Made by a program: the position numbers and the translations under genes. Under the pieces are notes generated by a model, which worked only from the letters and a program-made list of their open reading frames with translations, was not told where the DNA came from and ran no database searches. From positions 124,001 through 188,000 of the forward strand of contig JASTWF010000341.1 of the NCBI GenBank assembly GCA_030390025.1: a stretch of 64,000 nt of DNA, given 5' to 3'. This document shows positions 37,101-52,100 of the stretch, in pieces (the first letter of the stretch is position 1; every line of letters starts with the position of its first letter). The stretch comes from Squalus acanthias (taxonomy: Eukaryota).

Positions 37101-40100
37101 TCAATCCTCAGCATTAATTTTACTTTCGATCCTCAGCCTTAATTTTACTGTCGATCCTCAGCATTAGTTTTACTGTCGATCCTCAGCGTTAGTTTTACTG
37201 TCGATCCTCAGAATTAGTTTTACTGTCGATCCTCAGCATTAATTTTAAAGTCGATCCTCAGGATTAGTTTTACTGTCGATCCTCAGCATTAATTTTACTG
37301 TCGATCCTCAGCATTAGTTTTACTATCGATCCTCAGCATTAGTTTTACTGTCGATCCTCAGCATTAGTTTTACTGTCGATCCTCAGCGTTAGTTTTACTG
37401 ACGATCCTCAGAATTAGTTTTACTGTCGATCCGCAGCATTAATTTTACTGACGATCCTCAGGATCAGTTTTACTGACGATCCTCAGCATTAATTTTACTG
37501 TCGATCCTCAGCGTTAGTTTTACTGACGATCCTCAGCATTAGTTTTACTGTCGATCCTCAGCAATACTTTTACTGTCTATCCTCAGCATCAGTTTTAATG
37601 TCGATCCTCAGCATTAGTTTCACTGTCGATCCGCAGCATTAGTTTTACTGTTGATCCTCAGCGTTAGTTTTACTGTCGATCCTCAGCATAAGTTTAACTG
37701 TCGATCCTCAGCGTTAGTTTTACTGTCGATCCTCAGCGTTAGTTTTACTGTCGATCCTCAGTGTTAGTTTAACTGTCGATCCTTAGCGTTAGTTTTACTG
37801 TCGATCCTCAGCGTTAGTTTCACTGTCAATCCTCAGCATTAGTTTTACTGTCGATCCTCAGCTTTAGTTTTACTGTCGATCCTCACCATTAGTTTTACTG
37901 TCGATCCTCAGCATTAGTTTTCTTGTCGATCCGCAGCATTACTTTTACTGTCGATTCTCAGCATTAATTTTACTGTCGATCCTCAGCATTAATTTTACTG
38001 TCGATCCTCAGCATTAGTTTTACTGTCGATCCTCAGCATTAGTTTTACTGTCGATCCGCAGCATTAGTTTTACTGTCAATCCTCAGCATTAATTTTACTG
38101 TCGATCCGCAGCATTAATTTTACTGTCGATCCTCAGCGTTAGTTTAACTGTCGATCCTCAGCATTAGATTTACTGTCGATCCTCAGCGTTGTTTTACTGT
38201 CGATCCTCAGCGTTAGGTTTACTGTCGATCCGTAGCATTAATTTTACTGTCGATCCTCAGCGTTAGTTTTACTGACGATCCTCAGCAATAGAGTTACTGT
38301 CAAACCTCAGCATCAGTTTTACTGTCGATCCTCAGCGTTAGTTTTACTGTCGATCCTCAGCATTAGTTTTACTGTCGATCCTCAGCGTTAGTTTTACTGA
38401 CGATCCTCAGAATTAGTTTTACTGTCGATCCGCAGCATTAATTTTACTGACGATCCTCAGGATCAGTTTTACTGACGATCCTCAGCATTAATTTTACTGT
38501 CGATCCTCAGCGTTAGTTTTACTGACGATCCTCAGCATTAATTTTACTGTCGATCCTCAGCGTTAGTTTTACTGACGATCCTCAGCATTAGTTTTACTGT
38601 CGATCCTCAGCAATACTTTTACTGTCTATCCTCAGCATCAGTTTTAATGTCGATCCTCAGCATTAGTTTCACTGTCGATCCGCAGCATTAGTTTTACTGT
38701 CGATCCTCAGCGTTAGTTTTACTGTCGATCCTCAGCATAAGTTTAACTGTCGATCCTCAGCGTTAGTTTTACTGTCGATCCTCAGCGTTAGTTTAACTGT
38801 CGATCCTTCGCGTTAGTTTTACTGTCGATCCTCAGCGTTAGTTTCACTGTCAATCCTCAGCGTTAGTTTTACTGTCGATCGTCAGCATTAGTTTTACTGA
38901 CGATCCTCAGCATTAGTTTTACTGTCGATCCTCAGCTTTAGTTTTACTGTCGATCCTCACCATTAGTTTTACTGTCGATCCTCAGCATTAGTTTTACTGT
39001 CGATCCGTAGCATTAATTTTACTGTCGATCCTCAGCGTTAGTTTTACTGACGATCCTCAGCATCAGTTTTACTGTCGATCCTCAGCATTAGTTTTACTGT
39101 CGATCCTAAGCAATACTTTTACTGTCGATCCTCAGCATCAGTTTTACTGTCGATCCTCAGCATTAGTTTCACTGTCGATCCGCAGCATTAGTTTTACTGT
39201 CGATCCTCAGCATTAGTTTTACTGTCGATCCTCAGCATTAGTTTTACTGTCGATCCTCAGCATCAGTTTTACTGTCGATCCTCAGCATCAGTTTTACTGT
39301 CGATCCGCAGCATTAGTTTTACTGTCGATCCTTAGCAATAGTTTTACTGTCGATCCGCAGCATTAGTTTTACTGTCGATCCTCAGCATCAGTTTTACTGT
39401 CGCTCCTCAGGATTAGTTTTACTGTCGATCCTCAGCTTTAGATTTACTGTCGATCCTCAGCATTAGTTTTACTGTCGATCCTCAGCGTAAGTTTTACTGT
39501 CGATCCTCAGCATAAGTTTAACTGTCGATCCTCAGCATTAGTTTTACTGTCGATCCTCAGCGTTAGTTTTACTGTCGATCCTCAGCGTTAGTTTTACTGT
39601 CGATCGTCAGCGTTAGTTTTACTGACGATCCTCAGCGTTAGTTTTACTGTCGATCCTCAGCTTTAGTTTTACTGTCGATCCTCAGCGTTAGTTTTACTGT
39701 CGATCGTCAGCGTTAGTTTTACTGACGATCCTCAGCGTTAGTTTTACTGTCGATCCGCGGCATTAGTTTTACTGTCGATCCTCAGCATTAGTTTTACTGT
39801 CGATCCTCAGCATTAATTTTACTGTCAATCCTCAGCATTAATTTTACTGTCGATCCGCAGCATTAGTTTTACTGTCGATCCTCAGCATTAGTTTTACTGT
39901 CGATCCTCAGCTTTAGTTTTACTGTCGATCCTCAGCTTTAGTTTTACTGTCGATCCTCAGCAGTAGTTTTACTGTCGATCCTCAGCATTAGTTTTACTGT
40001 CAATCCTCAGCATTAGTTTTACTGTCAATCCTCAGCATTAATTTTACTGTCAATCCTCAGCATTAATTTTACTGTCGATCCGCAGCATTAGTTTTACTGT

Positions 40101-43100
40101 CGATCCTCAGCATTAGTTTTACTGTCGATCCTCAGCTTTAGTTTTACTGTCGATCCTCAGCTTTAGTTTTACTGTCGATCCTCAGCAGTAGTTTTACTGT
40201 CGATCCTCAGCATTAGTTTTACTGTCGATCCTCAGCATTAATTTTACTGTCGATCCTCAGCATTAATTTTACTGTCGATCCTCAGCGTTAGTTTTACTGT
40301 CTATCCTCAGCGTTAGTTTTACTGTCGATCCTCAGCATTAATTTTACAGTCGATCCTCAGCATTAATTTTACTGTCGATCCTCAGCATTAGTTTTACTGT
40401 CGATCCTCAGCATTAGTTGTACTGTCGATCCTCAGCATTAGTTTTACTGTCGATCCTCAGCGTTAGTTTTACTGTCGATCCTCAGCGTTAGTTTTACTGT
40501 CGATCGTCAGCGTTAGTTTTACTGACGATCCTCAGCATTAGTTTTACTGTCGATCCTCAGCTTTAGTTTTACTGTCGATCCTCAGCTTTAGTTTTACTGT
40601 CGATCCTCAGCAGTAGTTTTACTGTCGATCCGCAGCATTAGTTTTACTGTCGATCCTCAGCATTAGTTTTACTGTCAATCCTCAGCATTAATTTTACTGT
40701 CGATCCTCAGCATTAATTTTACTGTCAATCCTCAGCATTAATTTTACTGTCGATCCGCAGCATTAGTTTTACTGTCGATCCTCAGCTTTAGTTTTACTGT
40801 CGATCCTCAGCTTTAGTTTTACTGTCGATCCTCAGCAGTAGTTTTACTGTCGATCCTCAGCATTAGTTTTACTGTCAATCCTCAGCATTAGTTTTACTGT
40901 CAATCCTCAGCATTAATTTTACTGTCAATCCTCAGCATTAATTTTACTGTCGATCCGCAGCATTAGTTTTACTGTCGATCCTCAGCATTAGTTTCACTGT
41001 CGATCCTCAGCATTAGTTTTACTGTCGATCCTCAGCTTTAGTTTTACTGTCGATCCTCAGCTTTAGTTTTACTGTCAATCCTCAGCATTAATTTTACTGT
41101 CGATCCGCAGCATTAGTTTTACTGTCGATCCTCAGCATTAGTTTTACTGTCGATCCTCAGCGTTAGTTTTACTGTCGATCCTCAGCATTAATTTTACAGT
41201 CGATCCTCAGCATTAATTTTACTGTCGATCCTCAGCATTAGTTTTACTGTCGATCCTCAGCATTAGTTTTACTGTCGATCCTCAGCATTAGTTTTACTGT
41301 CGATCCTCAGCATTAGTTTTACTGTCGATCCGCAACATTAGTTTTACTGTCGATTCTCAGCATTAGTTTTACTGTCGATCCTCAGCATTAGTTTTACTGT
41401 CGAACCTCAGCGTTAGTTTTACTGTCGATCCTCAGCATTAGCTTTACTGTCGATCCTCAGCATTAGTTTTACTGTCGATCCGCAACATTAGTTTTACTGT
41501 CGATTCTCAGCATTAGTTTTACTGTCAATCCTCAGCATTAGCTTTACTGTCGATCCTCAGCATTAGTTTTACTGTCGATCCGCAACATTAGTTTTACTGT
41601 CGATTCTCAGCATTAGTTTTACTGTCAATCCTCAGCATTAATTTTACTGTCGATCCTCAGCATTAATTTTACTGTCGATCCTCAGCATTAATTTTACTGT
41701 CGATCCTCAGCATTAATTTTACTGTCGATCCGCAGCGTTAGTTTTACTGTCGATCCTCAGCTTTAGTTTTACTGTCGGTCCGCAGAATTATGTTTTCCTG
41801 TCGATCCTCAGGATTAATTTTACTCTCGATCCTCAGAATTAGTTTTACTGTCGATCCTCAGTATTAATTGTAAAGTCGATCCTCAGGATTAGTTTTACTG
41901 TCGATCCTCAGCATTAGTTTTACTGTCGATCCTCAGCATTAATTTTACTGTCGATCCTCAGCATTAGTTTTACTGTCGATCCTCAGCATTAGTTTTACTG
42001 TCGATCCTCAGCATTAGTTTTACTGTCGATCCTCAGCATTAGTTTTACTGTCGATCCTCAGCGTTAGTTTTACTGACGATCCTCAGGATCAGTTTTACTG
42101 ACGATCCTCAGCATTAATTTTACTGTCGATCCTCAGCAATACTTTTACTGTCTATCCTCAGCATCAGTTTTAATGTCGATCCTCAGCATTAGTTTCACTG
42201 TCGATCCGCAGCATTAGTTTTACTGTCGATCCTCAGCGTTAGTTTTACTGTCGATCCTCAGCATAAGTTTAACTGTCGATCCTCAGCGTTAGTTTTACTG
42301 TCGATCCTCAGCGTTAGTTTAACTGTCGATCCTTAGCGTTAGTTTTACTGTCGATCCTCAGCGTTAGTTTCACTGTCAATCCTCAGCGTTAGTTTTACTG
42401 TCGATCGTCAGCATTAGTTTTACTGACGATCCTCAGCATTAGTTTTACTGTCGATCCTCACCATTAGTTTTACTGTCGATCCTCACCATTAGTTTTACTG
42501 TCGATCCTCACCATTAGTTTTACTGTCGATCCTCAGCATTAGTTTTCTTGTCGATCCGCAGCATTACTTTTACTGTCGATTCTCAGCATTAATTTTACTG
42601 TCGATCCTCAGCATTAATTTTACTGTCGATCCTCAGCATTAGTTTTACTGTCGATCCTCAGCATTAGTTTTACTGTCGATCCGCAGCATTAGTTTTACTG
42701 TCAATCCTCAGCATTAATTTTACTGTCGATCCGCAGCATTAATTTTACTGTCGATCCTCAGCATTAGATTTACTGTCGATCCGTAGCATTAATTTTACTG
42801 TCGATCCTCAGCGTTAGGTTTACTGTCGATCCTCAGCGTTAGTTTTACTGTCGATCCTCAGCGTTAGTTTTACTGTCGATCCTCAGCATTAGATTTACTG
42901 TCGATCCTCAGCGTTAGTTTTACTGTCGATCCTCAGCGTTAGGTTTACTGTCGATCCGTAGCATTAATTTTACTGTCGATCCTCAGCGTTAGTTTTACTG
43001 ACGATCCTCAGCAATAGTTTTACTGTCAAACCTCAGCGTCAGTTTTACTGTCGATCCTCAGCGTTAGTTTTACTGTCGATCCTCAGCGTTAGTTTTACTG

Positions 43101-46100
43101 TCGATCCTCAGCGTTAGTTTTACTGACGATCCTCAGAATTAGTTTTACTGTCGATCCGCAGCATTAATTTTACTGACGATCCTCAGGATCAGTTTTACTG
43201 ACGATTCTCAGCGTTAGTTTTACTGACGATCCTCAGCATTAATTTTACTGTCGATCCTCAGCGTTAGTTTTACTGTCGATCCTCAGCGTTAGTTTTACTG
43301 ACGATCCTCAGCATTAATTTTACTGTCGATCCTCAGCGTTAGTTTTACTGACGATCCTCAGCATTAGTTTTACTGTCGATCCTCAGCAATACTTTTACTG
43401 TCTATCCTCAGCATTAGTTTCACTGTCGATCCGCAGCATTAGTTTTACTGTCGATCCTCAGCGTTAGTTTTACTGTCGATCCTCAGCATAAGTTTAACTG
43501 TCGATCCTCAGCGTTAGTTTTACTGTCGATCCTCAGCGTTAGTTTAACTGTCGATCCTTCGCTTTAGTTTTACTGTCGATCCTCAGCGTTAGTTTTACTG
43601 TCGATCGTCAGCATTAGTTTTACTGACGATCCTCAGCATTAGTTTTACTGACGATCCTCAGCATTAGTTTTACTGTCGATCCTCAGCAATACTTTTACTG
43701 TCGATCCTCAGCTTTAGTTTTACTGTCGATCCTCACCATTAGTTTTACTGTCGATCCGCAGCATTAGTTTTACTGTCGATCCTCAGCTTTAGTTTTACTG
43801 TCGATCCTCACCATTAGTTTTACTGTCGATCCTCAGCATTAGTTTTACTGACGATCCTCAGCATTAGTTTTACTGTCGATCCTCAGCAATACTTTTACTG
43901 TCGATCCTCAGCGTTAGTTTTACTGTCGATCCTCAGCATAAGTTTAACTGTCGATCCTCAGCGTTAGTTTTACTGTCGATCCTCAGCGTTAGTTTAACTG
44001 TCGATCCTTCGCGTTAGTTTTACTGTCGATCCTCAGCGTTAGTTTCACTGTCAATCCTCAGCGTTAGTTTTACCAACGATCCTCAGCATTAGTTTTACTG
44101 TCGATCCTCAGCTTTAGTTTTACTGTCGATCCTCACCATTAGTTTTACTGTCGATCCTCAGCATTAGTTTTACTGTCGATCCGCAGCATTAATTTTACTG
44201 TCGATCCTCAGCATTAGTTTTACTGTCGATCCTCAGCATTAGTTTTACTGTCGATCCTCAGCATTAGTTTTACTGTCGATCCTCAGCATTACTTTTACTG
44301 TCGATCCTCAGCATTAGTTTTACTGTCGATCCGCAGCATTAGTTTTACTGTCAATCCTCAGCATTAATTTTACTGTCAATCCTCAGCATTAATTTTACTG
44401 TCGATCCGCAGCATTAATTTTACTGACGATCCTCAGGATTAGTTTTACTGACGATCCACAGAATTAGTTTTACTGTCGATCCTCAGCATTAGTTTTACAG
44501 TCGATCCGCAGCATTAATTTTACTGTCGATCCTCAGAATTAGTTTTACTGTCGATCCTCAGCATTAGATTTACTGTCGATCCTCAGCGTTAGTTTTACTG
44601 TCGATCCTCAGCGTTAGTTTTACTGTCGATCCTCAGCGTTAGGTTTACTGTCGATCCGTAGCATTAATTTTACTGTCGATCCTCAGCGTTAGTTTTACTG
44701 ACGATCCTCAGCAATAGTTTTACTGTCAAACCTCAGCATCAGTTTTACTGTCGATCCTCAGCGTTAGTTTTACTGTCGATCCTCAGCATTAGTTTTACTG
44801 TCGATCAGCAGCATTAGTTTTACTGTCGATCCTCAGCATTAGTTTTACTGTCGATCAGCAGCATTAGTTTTACTGTCGATCCTCAGCATCAGTTTTACTG
44901 TCGATCCTCAGGATTAGTTTTACTGTCGATCCGCAGCATTAGTTTTACTGTCGGTCCGCAGAATTATGTTTTCCTGTCGATCCTCAGGATTAATTTTACT
45001 CACGATCCTCAGAATTAGTTTTACTGTCGATCCTCAGCATTAATTTTACAGTCGATCCTCAGGATTAGTTTTACTGTCGATCCTCAGCATTAATTTTACT
45101 GTCGATCCTCAGCATTAGTTTTACTGTCGATCCTCAGCATTCGTTTTACTGTCGATCCTCAGCGTTAGTTTTACTGTCGATCCTCAGCATTAGTTTTACT
45201 GTCGATCCTCAGCATTAGTTTTACTGTCGATCCTCAGCATTCGTTTTACTGTCGATCCTCAGAATTAGTTTTACTGTCGATCCTCAGCATTAGTTTTACT
45301 GTCGATCCTCAGCATTAGTTTTACTGTCGATCCTCAGCATTAGTTTTACTGTCGATCCTCAGCATTAGTTTTACTGTCGATCCTCAGAATTAGTTTTACT
45401 GACGATCCTCAGCATTAGTTTTACTGTCGATCCGCAGCATTAATTTTACTGACGATCCTCAGGATTAGTTTTACTGACGATCCTCAGAATTAGTTTTACT
45501 GTCGATCCTCAGCATTAGTTTTACTGTCGATCCGCAGCATTAATTTTACTGTCGATCCTCAGAATTAGTTTTACTGTCGATCCTCAGCATTAGATTTACT
45601 GTCGATCCTCAGCGTTAGTTTTACTGTCGATCCTCAGCGTTAGTTTTACTGTCGATCCTCAGCGTTAGGTTTACTGTCGATCCGTAGCATCAATTTTACT
45701 GTCGATCCTCAGCGTTAGTTTTACTGACGATCCTCAGCATCAGTTTTACTGTCGATCCTCAGCATTAGTTTTACTGTCGATCCTCAGCATTACTTTTACT
45801 GTAGATCCTCAGGATTAGTTTTACTGTCGATCCTCAGCATTAGTTTTACTGTCGATCCTCAGCATCAGTTTTACTGTCGATCCTCAGCATTATTTTACTG
45901 TCGATCCTCAGCATTAGTTTTACTGTCGATCCTCAGCAGTAGTTTTACTGTCGATCCGCAGCATTAGTTTTACTGTCGATCCGCAGCATTAGTTTTACTG
46001 TCGATCCTCAGCATTAGTTTTACTGTCGATCCTCAGCATTAGTTTTTACTGTCGATCCTCAGCATTAGTTTTACTGTCGATCCTCAGCATTAAGTTTTAC

Positions 46101-49100
46101 TGTCGATCCGCAGCATTAGTTTTACTGTCGATCCTCAGCATTAGTTTTACTGTCGATCCTCAGCATTAGTTTTACTGTCGATCCTCAGCATTAATTTTAC
46201 TGTCGATCCGCAGCATTAATTTTACTGTCGATCCTCAGCTTTAGTTTTACTGTCGATCCTCAGCATTAGTTTACTGTCGATCCTCAGCGTTAGTTTACTG
46301 TCGATCCTCAGCGTTAGTTTTACTGTCGAAGCCTCAGCATTAGGTTTACTGTCGATCCGTCAGCATTAATTTACTGTCGAACCTCAGCATTAGTTTTACT
46401 GTCGATCCTCGCGTTAGTTTAACTGTAAATCAGCGTAGTTTTACTGTCGATCCTCAGCGTTAGTTTTACTGTCGATCCTCAGCATTAGTTTTACTGTCGA
46501 TCCAGCGGTTAGTTATTAAATGTGAGCCTCAGATTTTTACTGTCGATCCTCAGCATTAGTTTTACTGTCGATCCTCAGCATCAGTTTTACTGTCGATACT
46601 CAGCATTAGTTTCACTGTCGATCCCAGCATTAGTTTTACTGTTGATCCTCAGCATTAGTTTACTGTCATCCTCAGCATTAGTTTTACTGTCGATCCTCAC
46701 ATCAGTTTTACTGTCGATCCTCAGGATTAGTTTTACTGTCATCCGCAGCATTAGTTTTACTGTCGATCCTTAGCAATAGTTTTACTGTCGATCCGCAGCA
46801 TTTAGTTTTACTGTCGATCCTCAGCTTCATTTTTACTGTCGATCCTCAGATTAGTTTTACTGTCGATCCTCAGCTTTAGATTTACTGTCGATCCTCAGCA
46901 TTAGTTTTACTATCGTCCAAAGCGTTAGTTTTACTGTCGATCCTCAGCAATATTTTTACTGTCAAGCCGCAGCATTGGTTTTACTGTCGATCCTCAGGCA
47001 TTACTTTTACTGTCGAACCTCACATAGTTTACTGTCGATCCTCAGCATTAGTTTTACTGTCGATCCTCAGCGTTAGTTTTACTGTCGATCCTCAGCATTA
47101 GTTTTACTGTCGATCCTCAGCATTAGTTTTACTGTCGATCCTCAGCATTAGTTTTACTGTCGATCCTCAGCATTAGTTTTACTGTCGATCCTCAGCATTA
47201 GTTTTACTGTCGATCCTCAGCATTAGTTTTACTGTCGATCCTCAGCATTAGTTTTACTGTCGATCCTCAGCGTTAGTTTTACTGTCGATCCTCAGCATTA
47301 GTTTTACTGTCGATCCTCAGCATTAGTTTTACTGTCGATCCTCAGCGTTAGTTTTACTGTCGATCCTCAGCATTAGTTTTACTGTCGATCCTCAGCATTA
47401 GTTTTACTGTCGATCCTCAGCATTAGTTTTACTGTCGATCCTCAGCATTAGTTTTACTGTCGATCCTCAGCATTAGTTTTACTGTCGATCCTCAGCATTA
47501 GTTTTACTGTCGATCCTCAGCATTATTTTACTGTCGATCCTCAGCATTAGTTTTACTGTCGATCCTCAGCATTAGTTTTACTGTCGATCCTCAGCATTAG
47601 TTTTACTGTCGATCCTCAGCATTAGTTTACTGTCGATCCTCAGCATTAGTTTTACTGTCGATCCTCAGCATTAGTTTACTGTCGATCTCAGCGTTAGTTT
47701 TACTGTCGATCCTCAGCAGTTAGTTTTACTGTCGATCCTCAGCATTAGTTTTACTGTCGATCCTCAGCATTAGTTTTACTGTCGATCCTCAGCATTAGTT
47801 TTACTGTCGATCCTCAGCATTAGTTTTACTGTCGATCCTCAGCATTAGTTTTACTGTCGATCCGCAGCATTAGTTTTACTGTCGATCCTCAGCATTAGTT
47901 TTACTGTCGATCCTCAGCATTAGTTTTACTGTCGATCCGCAGCATTATTTTTACTGTCGATCCTCAGCGTTAGTTTTACTGTCGATCCTCAGCATTAGTT
48001 TTACTGTCGATCCTCAGCGTTAGTTTTACTGTCGATCCTCAGCATTAGTTTTACTGTCGATCCTCAGCATTAGTTTTACTGTCGATCCTCAGCATTAGTT
48101 TTACTGTCGATCCGCAACATTAGTTTTACTGTCGATTCTCAGCATTAGTTTTACTGTCGATCCTCAGCATTAGTTTTACTGTCGATCCTCAGCATTAGTT
48201 TTACTGTCGATCCTCAGCGTTAGTTTTACTGTCGATCCTCAGCATTAGTTTTACTGTCGATCTCAAGCATTAGTTTTACTGTCGATCTCAGCATTAGTTT
48301 TAACTGTCGATCTCAGCATTAGTTTTACTGTCGATCCTCAGCATTAGTTTTACTGTCGATCCGCAGCATAGTTTTACTGTCGATCCTCAGCATTAGTTTT
48401 ACTGTCGATCCTCAGCATTAGTTTACTGTCGATCTCAGCATTAGTTTTACTGTCGATCCTCAGCATTAGTTTTACTGTCGATCCGCAGCATTAGTTTTAC
48501 TGTCGATCCTCAGCATTAGTTTTACTGTCGATCCACAGCATTAGTTTTACTGTCGATCCTCAGCATTAGTTTTACTGTCGATCCTCAGCATTAGTTTTAC
48601 TGTCGATCCTCAGCATTAGTTTTACTGTCGATCCTCAGCATTAGTTTTACTGTCGATCCTCAGCATTAGTTTTACTGTCGATCCTCAGCATTAGTTTTAC
48701 TGTCGATCCTCAGCATTAGTTTTACTGTCGATCCTCAGCATTAGTTTTACTGTCGATCCTCAGCGTTAGTTTTACTGTCGATCCTCAGCATTAGTTTTAC
48801 TGTCGATCCTCAGCATTAGTTTTACTGTCGATCCTCAGCATTAGTTTTACTGTCGATCCTCAGCATTAGTTTTACTGTCGATCCTCAGCATTAGTTTTAC
48901 TGTCGATCCTCAGCATTAGTTTTACTGTCGATCCTCAATTTACTGTCGATCCTCACATTAGTTTTACTGTCGATCCTCAGCATTAGTTTTACTGTCGATC
49001 CTCAGCATTAGTTTTACTGACGATCCTCAGCATTAGTTTTACTGTCGATCCTCAGCATTAGTTTTACTGTCGATCCTCAGGATCAGTTTACTGTCGATCC

Positions 49101-52100
49101 TCAGCATTAATTTTACTGTCGATCTCAGCATTAGTTTTACTGTCGATCCTCAGCATTAATTTTACTGTCGATCCTCAGCGTTAGTTTTACTGTCGATCCT
49201 CAGCGATTAGTTTTACTGTCGATCCTCAGCATTAGTTTTACTGTCGATCCTCAGCATAGTTTTACTGTCGATCCTCAGCATTAGTTTACTGTCGATCCTC
49301 AGCATTAGTTTACTGTCGATCCTCAGCATTAGTTTTACTGTCGATCCTCAGCGTTAGTTTAACTGTCGATCCTCAGCGTTAGTTTTACTGTCGATCCTCA
49401 GCGTAGTTTTACTGTCGATCCTCAGCATTAGTTTTACTGTCGATCGTCAGCATTAGTTTTACTGACGATCCTCAGCATTAGTTTTACTGTCGATCCTCAG
49501 CATTAGTTTTACTGTCGATCCTCAGCGTTAGTTTTACTGTCGATCCTCAGCGTTAATTTTACTGTCGATCCTCAGCATTAGTTTTACTGTCGATCCTCAG
49601 CATTAGTTTTACTGTCGATCCTCAGCATTAGTTTTACTGTCGATCCTCAGCATTAGTTTTACTGTCGATCCTCAGCATTAGTTTTACTGTCGATCCTCAG
49701 ATTAGTTTTACTGTCGATCCTCAGAATTAGTTTTACTGTCGATCCTCAATTAGTTTTACTGTCGATCCTCAGCATTAGTTTTACTGTCGATCCTCAGCAT
49801 TAGTTTTACTGTCGATCCGCAGCATTAGTTTTACTGTCGATCCTCAGCATTAGTTTTACTGTCGATCCTCAGCATTAGTTTTACTGTCGATCCTCAGCGT
49901 TAGTTTACTGTCGATCCTCAGCATTAGTTTTACTGTCGATCCTCAGCATTAATTTTACTGTCGATCCTCAGCATTAGTTTTACTGTCGATCCTCAGCATT
50001 AGTTTTACTGTCGATCCTCAGCATTAGTTTTACTGTCGATCCGCAGCATTAGTTTTACTGTCGATCCTCAGCATTAGTTTTACTGTCGATCCTCAGATTA
50101 GTTTTACTGTCGATCCTCAGCGTTAGTTTTACTGTCGATCCTCAGCGTTAGTTTTACTGTCGATCCTCAGCATTAGTTTTACTGTCGATCCTCAGCATTA
50201 GTTTTACTGTCGATCCAAGCGTTAGTTTTACTGTCGATCCGCAGCAATAGTTTTACTGTCGATCCGCAGCATTAGTTTTACTGTCGATCCTCAGCATTAG
50301 TTTTACTGTCGATCCTCAGCATTAGTTTTACTGTCGATCCTCAGCATTAGTTTTACTGTCGATCCTCAGCGTTAGTTTTACTGTCGATCCTCAGCATTAG
50401 TTTTACTGTCGATCCTCAGCATTAGTTTTACTGTCGATCCTCAGCATTAGTTTTACTGTCGATCCTCAGCATTAGTTTTACTGTCGATCCTCAGCATTAG
50501 TTTTACTGTCGATCCTCAGCATTAATTTTACTGTCGATCCTCAGCATTAGTTTTACTGTCGATCCTCAGCGTTAGTTTTACTGTCGATCCTCAGCATTAG
50601 TTTTACTGTCGATCCTCAGCGTTAGTTTTACTGTCGATCCTCAGCATTAGTTTTGCTGTCGATCCTCAGCATTAGTTTTACTGTCGATCCTCAGCATTAG
50701 TTTTACTGTCGATCCTCAGCAGTACTGCGCCTCAGCATTAGTTTTACTGTCGATCCTCAGCATTAGTTTTACTGTCGATCCTCAGCATTAGTTTTACTGT
50801 CGATCCTCAGCATTAGTTTTACTGTCGATCCTCAGGATTAGTTTTACTGTCGATCCTCAGCATTAGTTTTACTGTCGATCCTCAGCATTAGTTTTACTGT
50901 CGATCCTCAGCATTAGTTTTACTGTCGATCCTCAGCATTAGTTTTACTGTCGATCCTCAGCATTAGTTTTACTGTCGATCCTCAGCATTAGTTTTACTGT
51001 CGATCCTCAGCATTAGTTTTACTGTCGATCCTCAGCATTAGTTTTACTGTCGATCCTCAGCATTAGTTTTACTGTCGATCCTCAGCATTAGTTTTACTGT
51101 CGATCCTCAGGATTAGTTTTACTGACGATCCTCAGCATAGTTTTACTGTCGATCCTCAGCATTAGTTTTACTGTCGATCCTCAGCGTTAGTTTTACTGTC
51201 GATCCTCAGGCATAGTTTTACTGTCGATCCTCAGCATTAGTTTTACTGTCGATCCTCAGCATTAGTTTTACTGTCGATCTCAGCATTAGTTTTACTGTCG
51301 ATCCTCAGCGTTAGTTTTACTGTCGATCTCAGCATTAGTTTTACTGTCGATCCTCAGCTTTAGTTTTACTGTCGATCCTCAGCTTAGTTTTACTGTCGAT
51401 CCTCAGCATTAGTTTTACTGTCGATCCTCAGCATTAGTTTTACTGTCGATCCTCAGCATTAGTTTTACTGTCGATCCTCAGCATTAGTTTTACTGTCGAT
51501 CCTCAGCATTAGTTTTACTGTCGATCCTCAGCATTAGTTTTACTGTCGATCCTCAGCATTAGTTTTACTGTCGATCCTCAGCAGTAGTTTTACTGTCGAT
51601 CCTCAGCATTAGTTTTACTGTCGATCCTCAGCGTTAGTTTTACTGTCGATCCTCAGCATTAAGTTTACTGTCGATCCTCAGCATTATTTTACTGTCGATC
51701 CTCAGCGTTAGTTTTACTGTCGATCCTCAGCATTAGTTTTACTGTCGATCCTCAGCGTTAGTTTTACTGTCGATCCTCAGCATTAGTTTTACTGTCGATC
51801 CTCAGCATTAGTTTTACTGTCGATCCTCAGCATTAGTTTTACTGTCGATCCTCAGCAGTTATTTTACTGTCGATCTCAGCATTAGTTTACTGTCGATCCT
51901 CAGCATTAGTTTTACTGTCGATCCTCAGCATTAGTTTTACTGTCGATCCTCAGCATTATTTTTACTGTCGATCCTCGCATTAGATTTACTGTCGATCCTC
52001 AGCATTAGTTTTACTGTCGATCCTCAGCTTTAGTTTTACTGTCGATCCTCAGCATTAGTTTTACTGTCGATCCTCAGCATTAGTTTTACTGTCGATCCTC

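Noticed and set aside
46522..46773. 83-aa ORF
   Set aside because: It is a translation of the satellite, kept open by indels that skip the recurring TAG.
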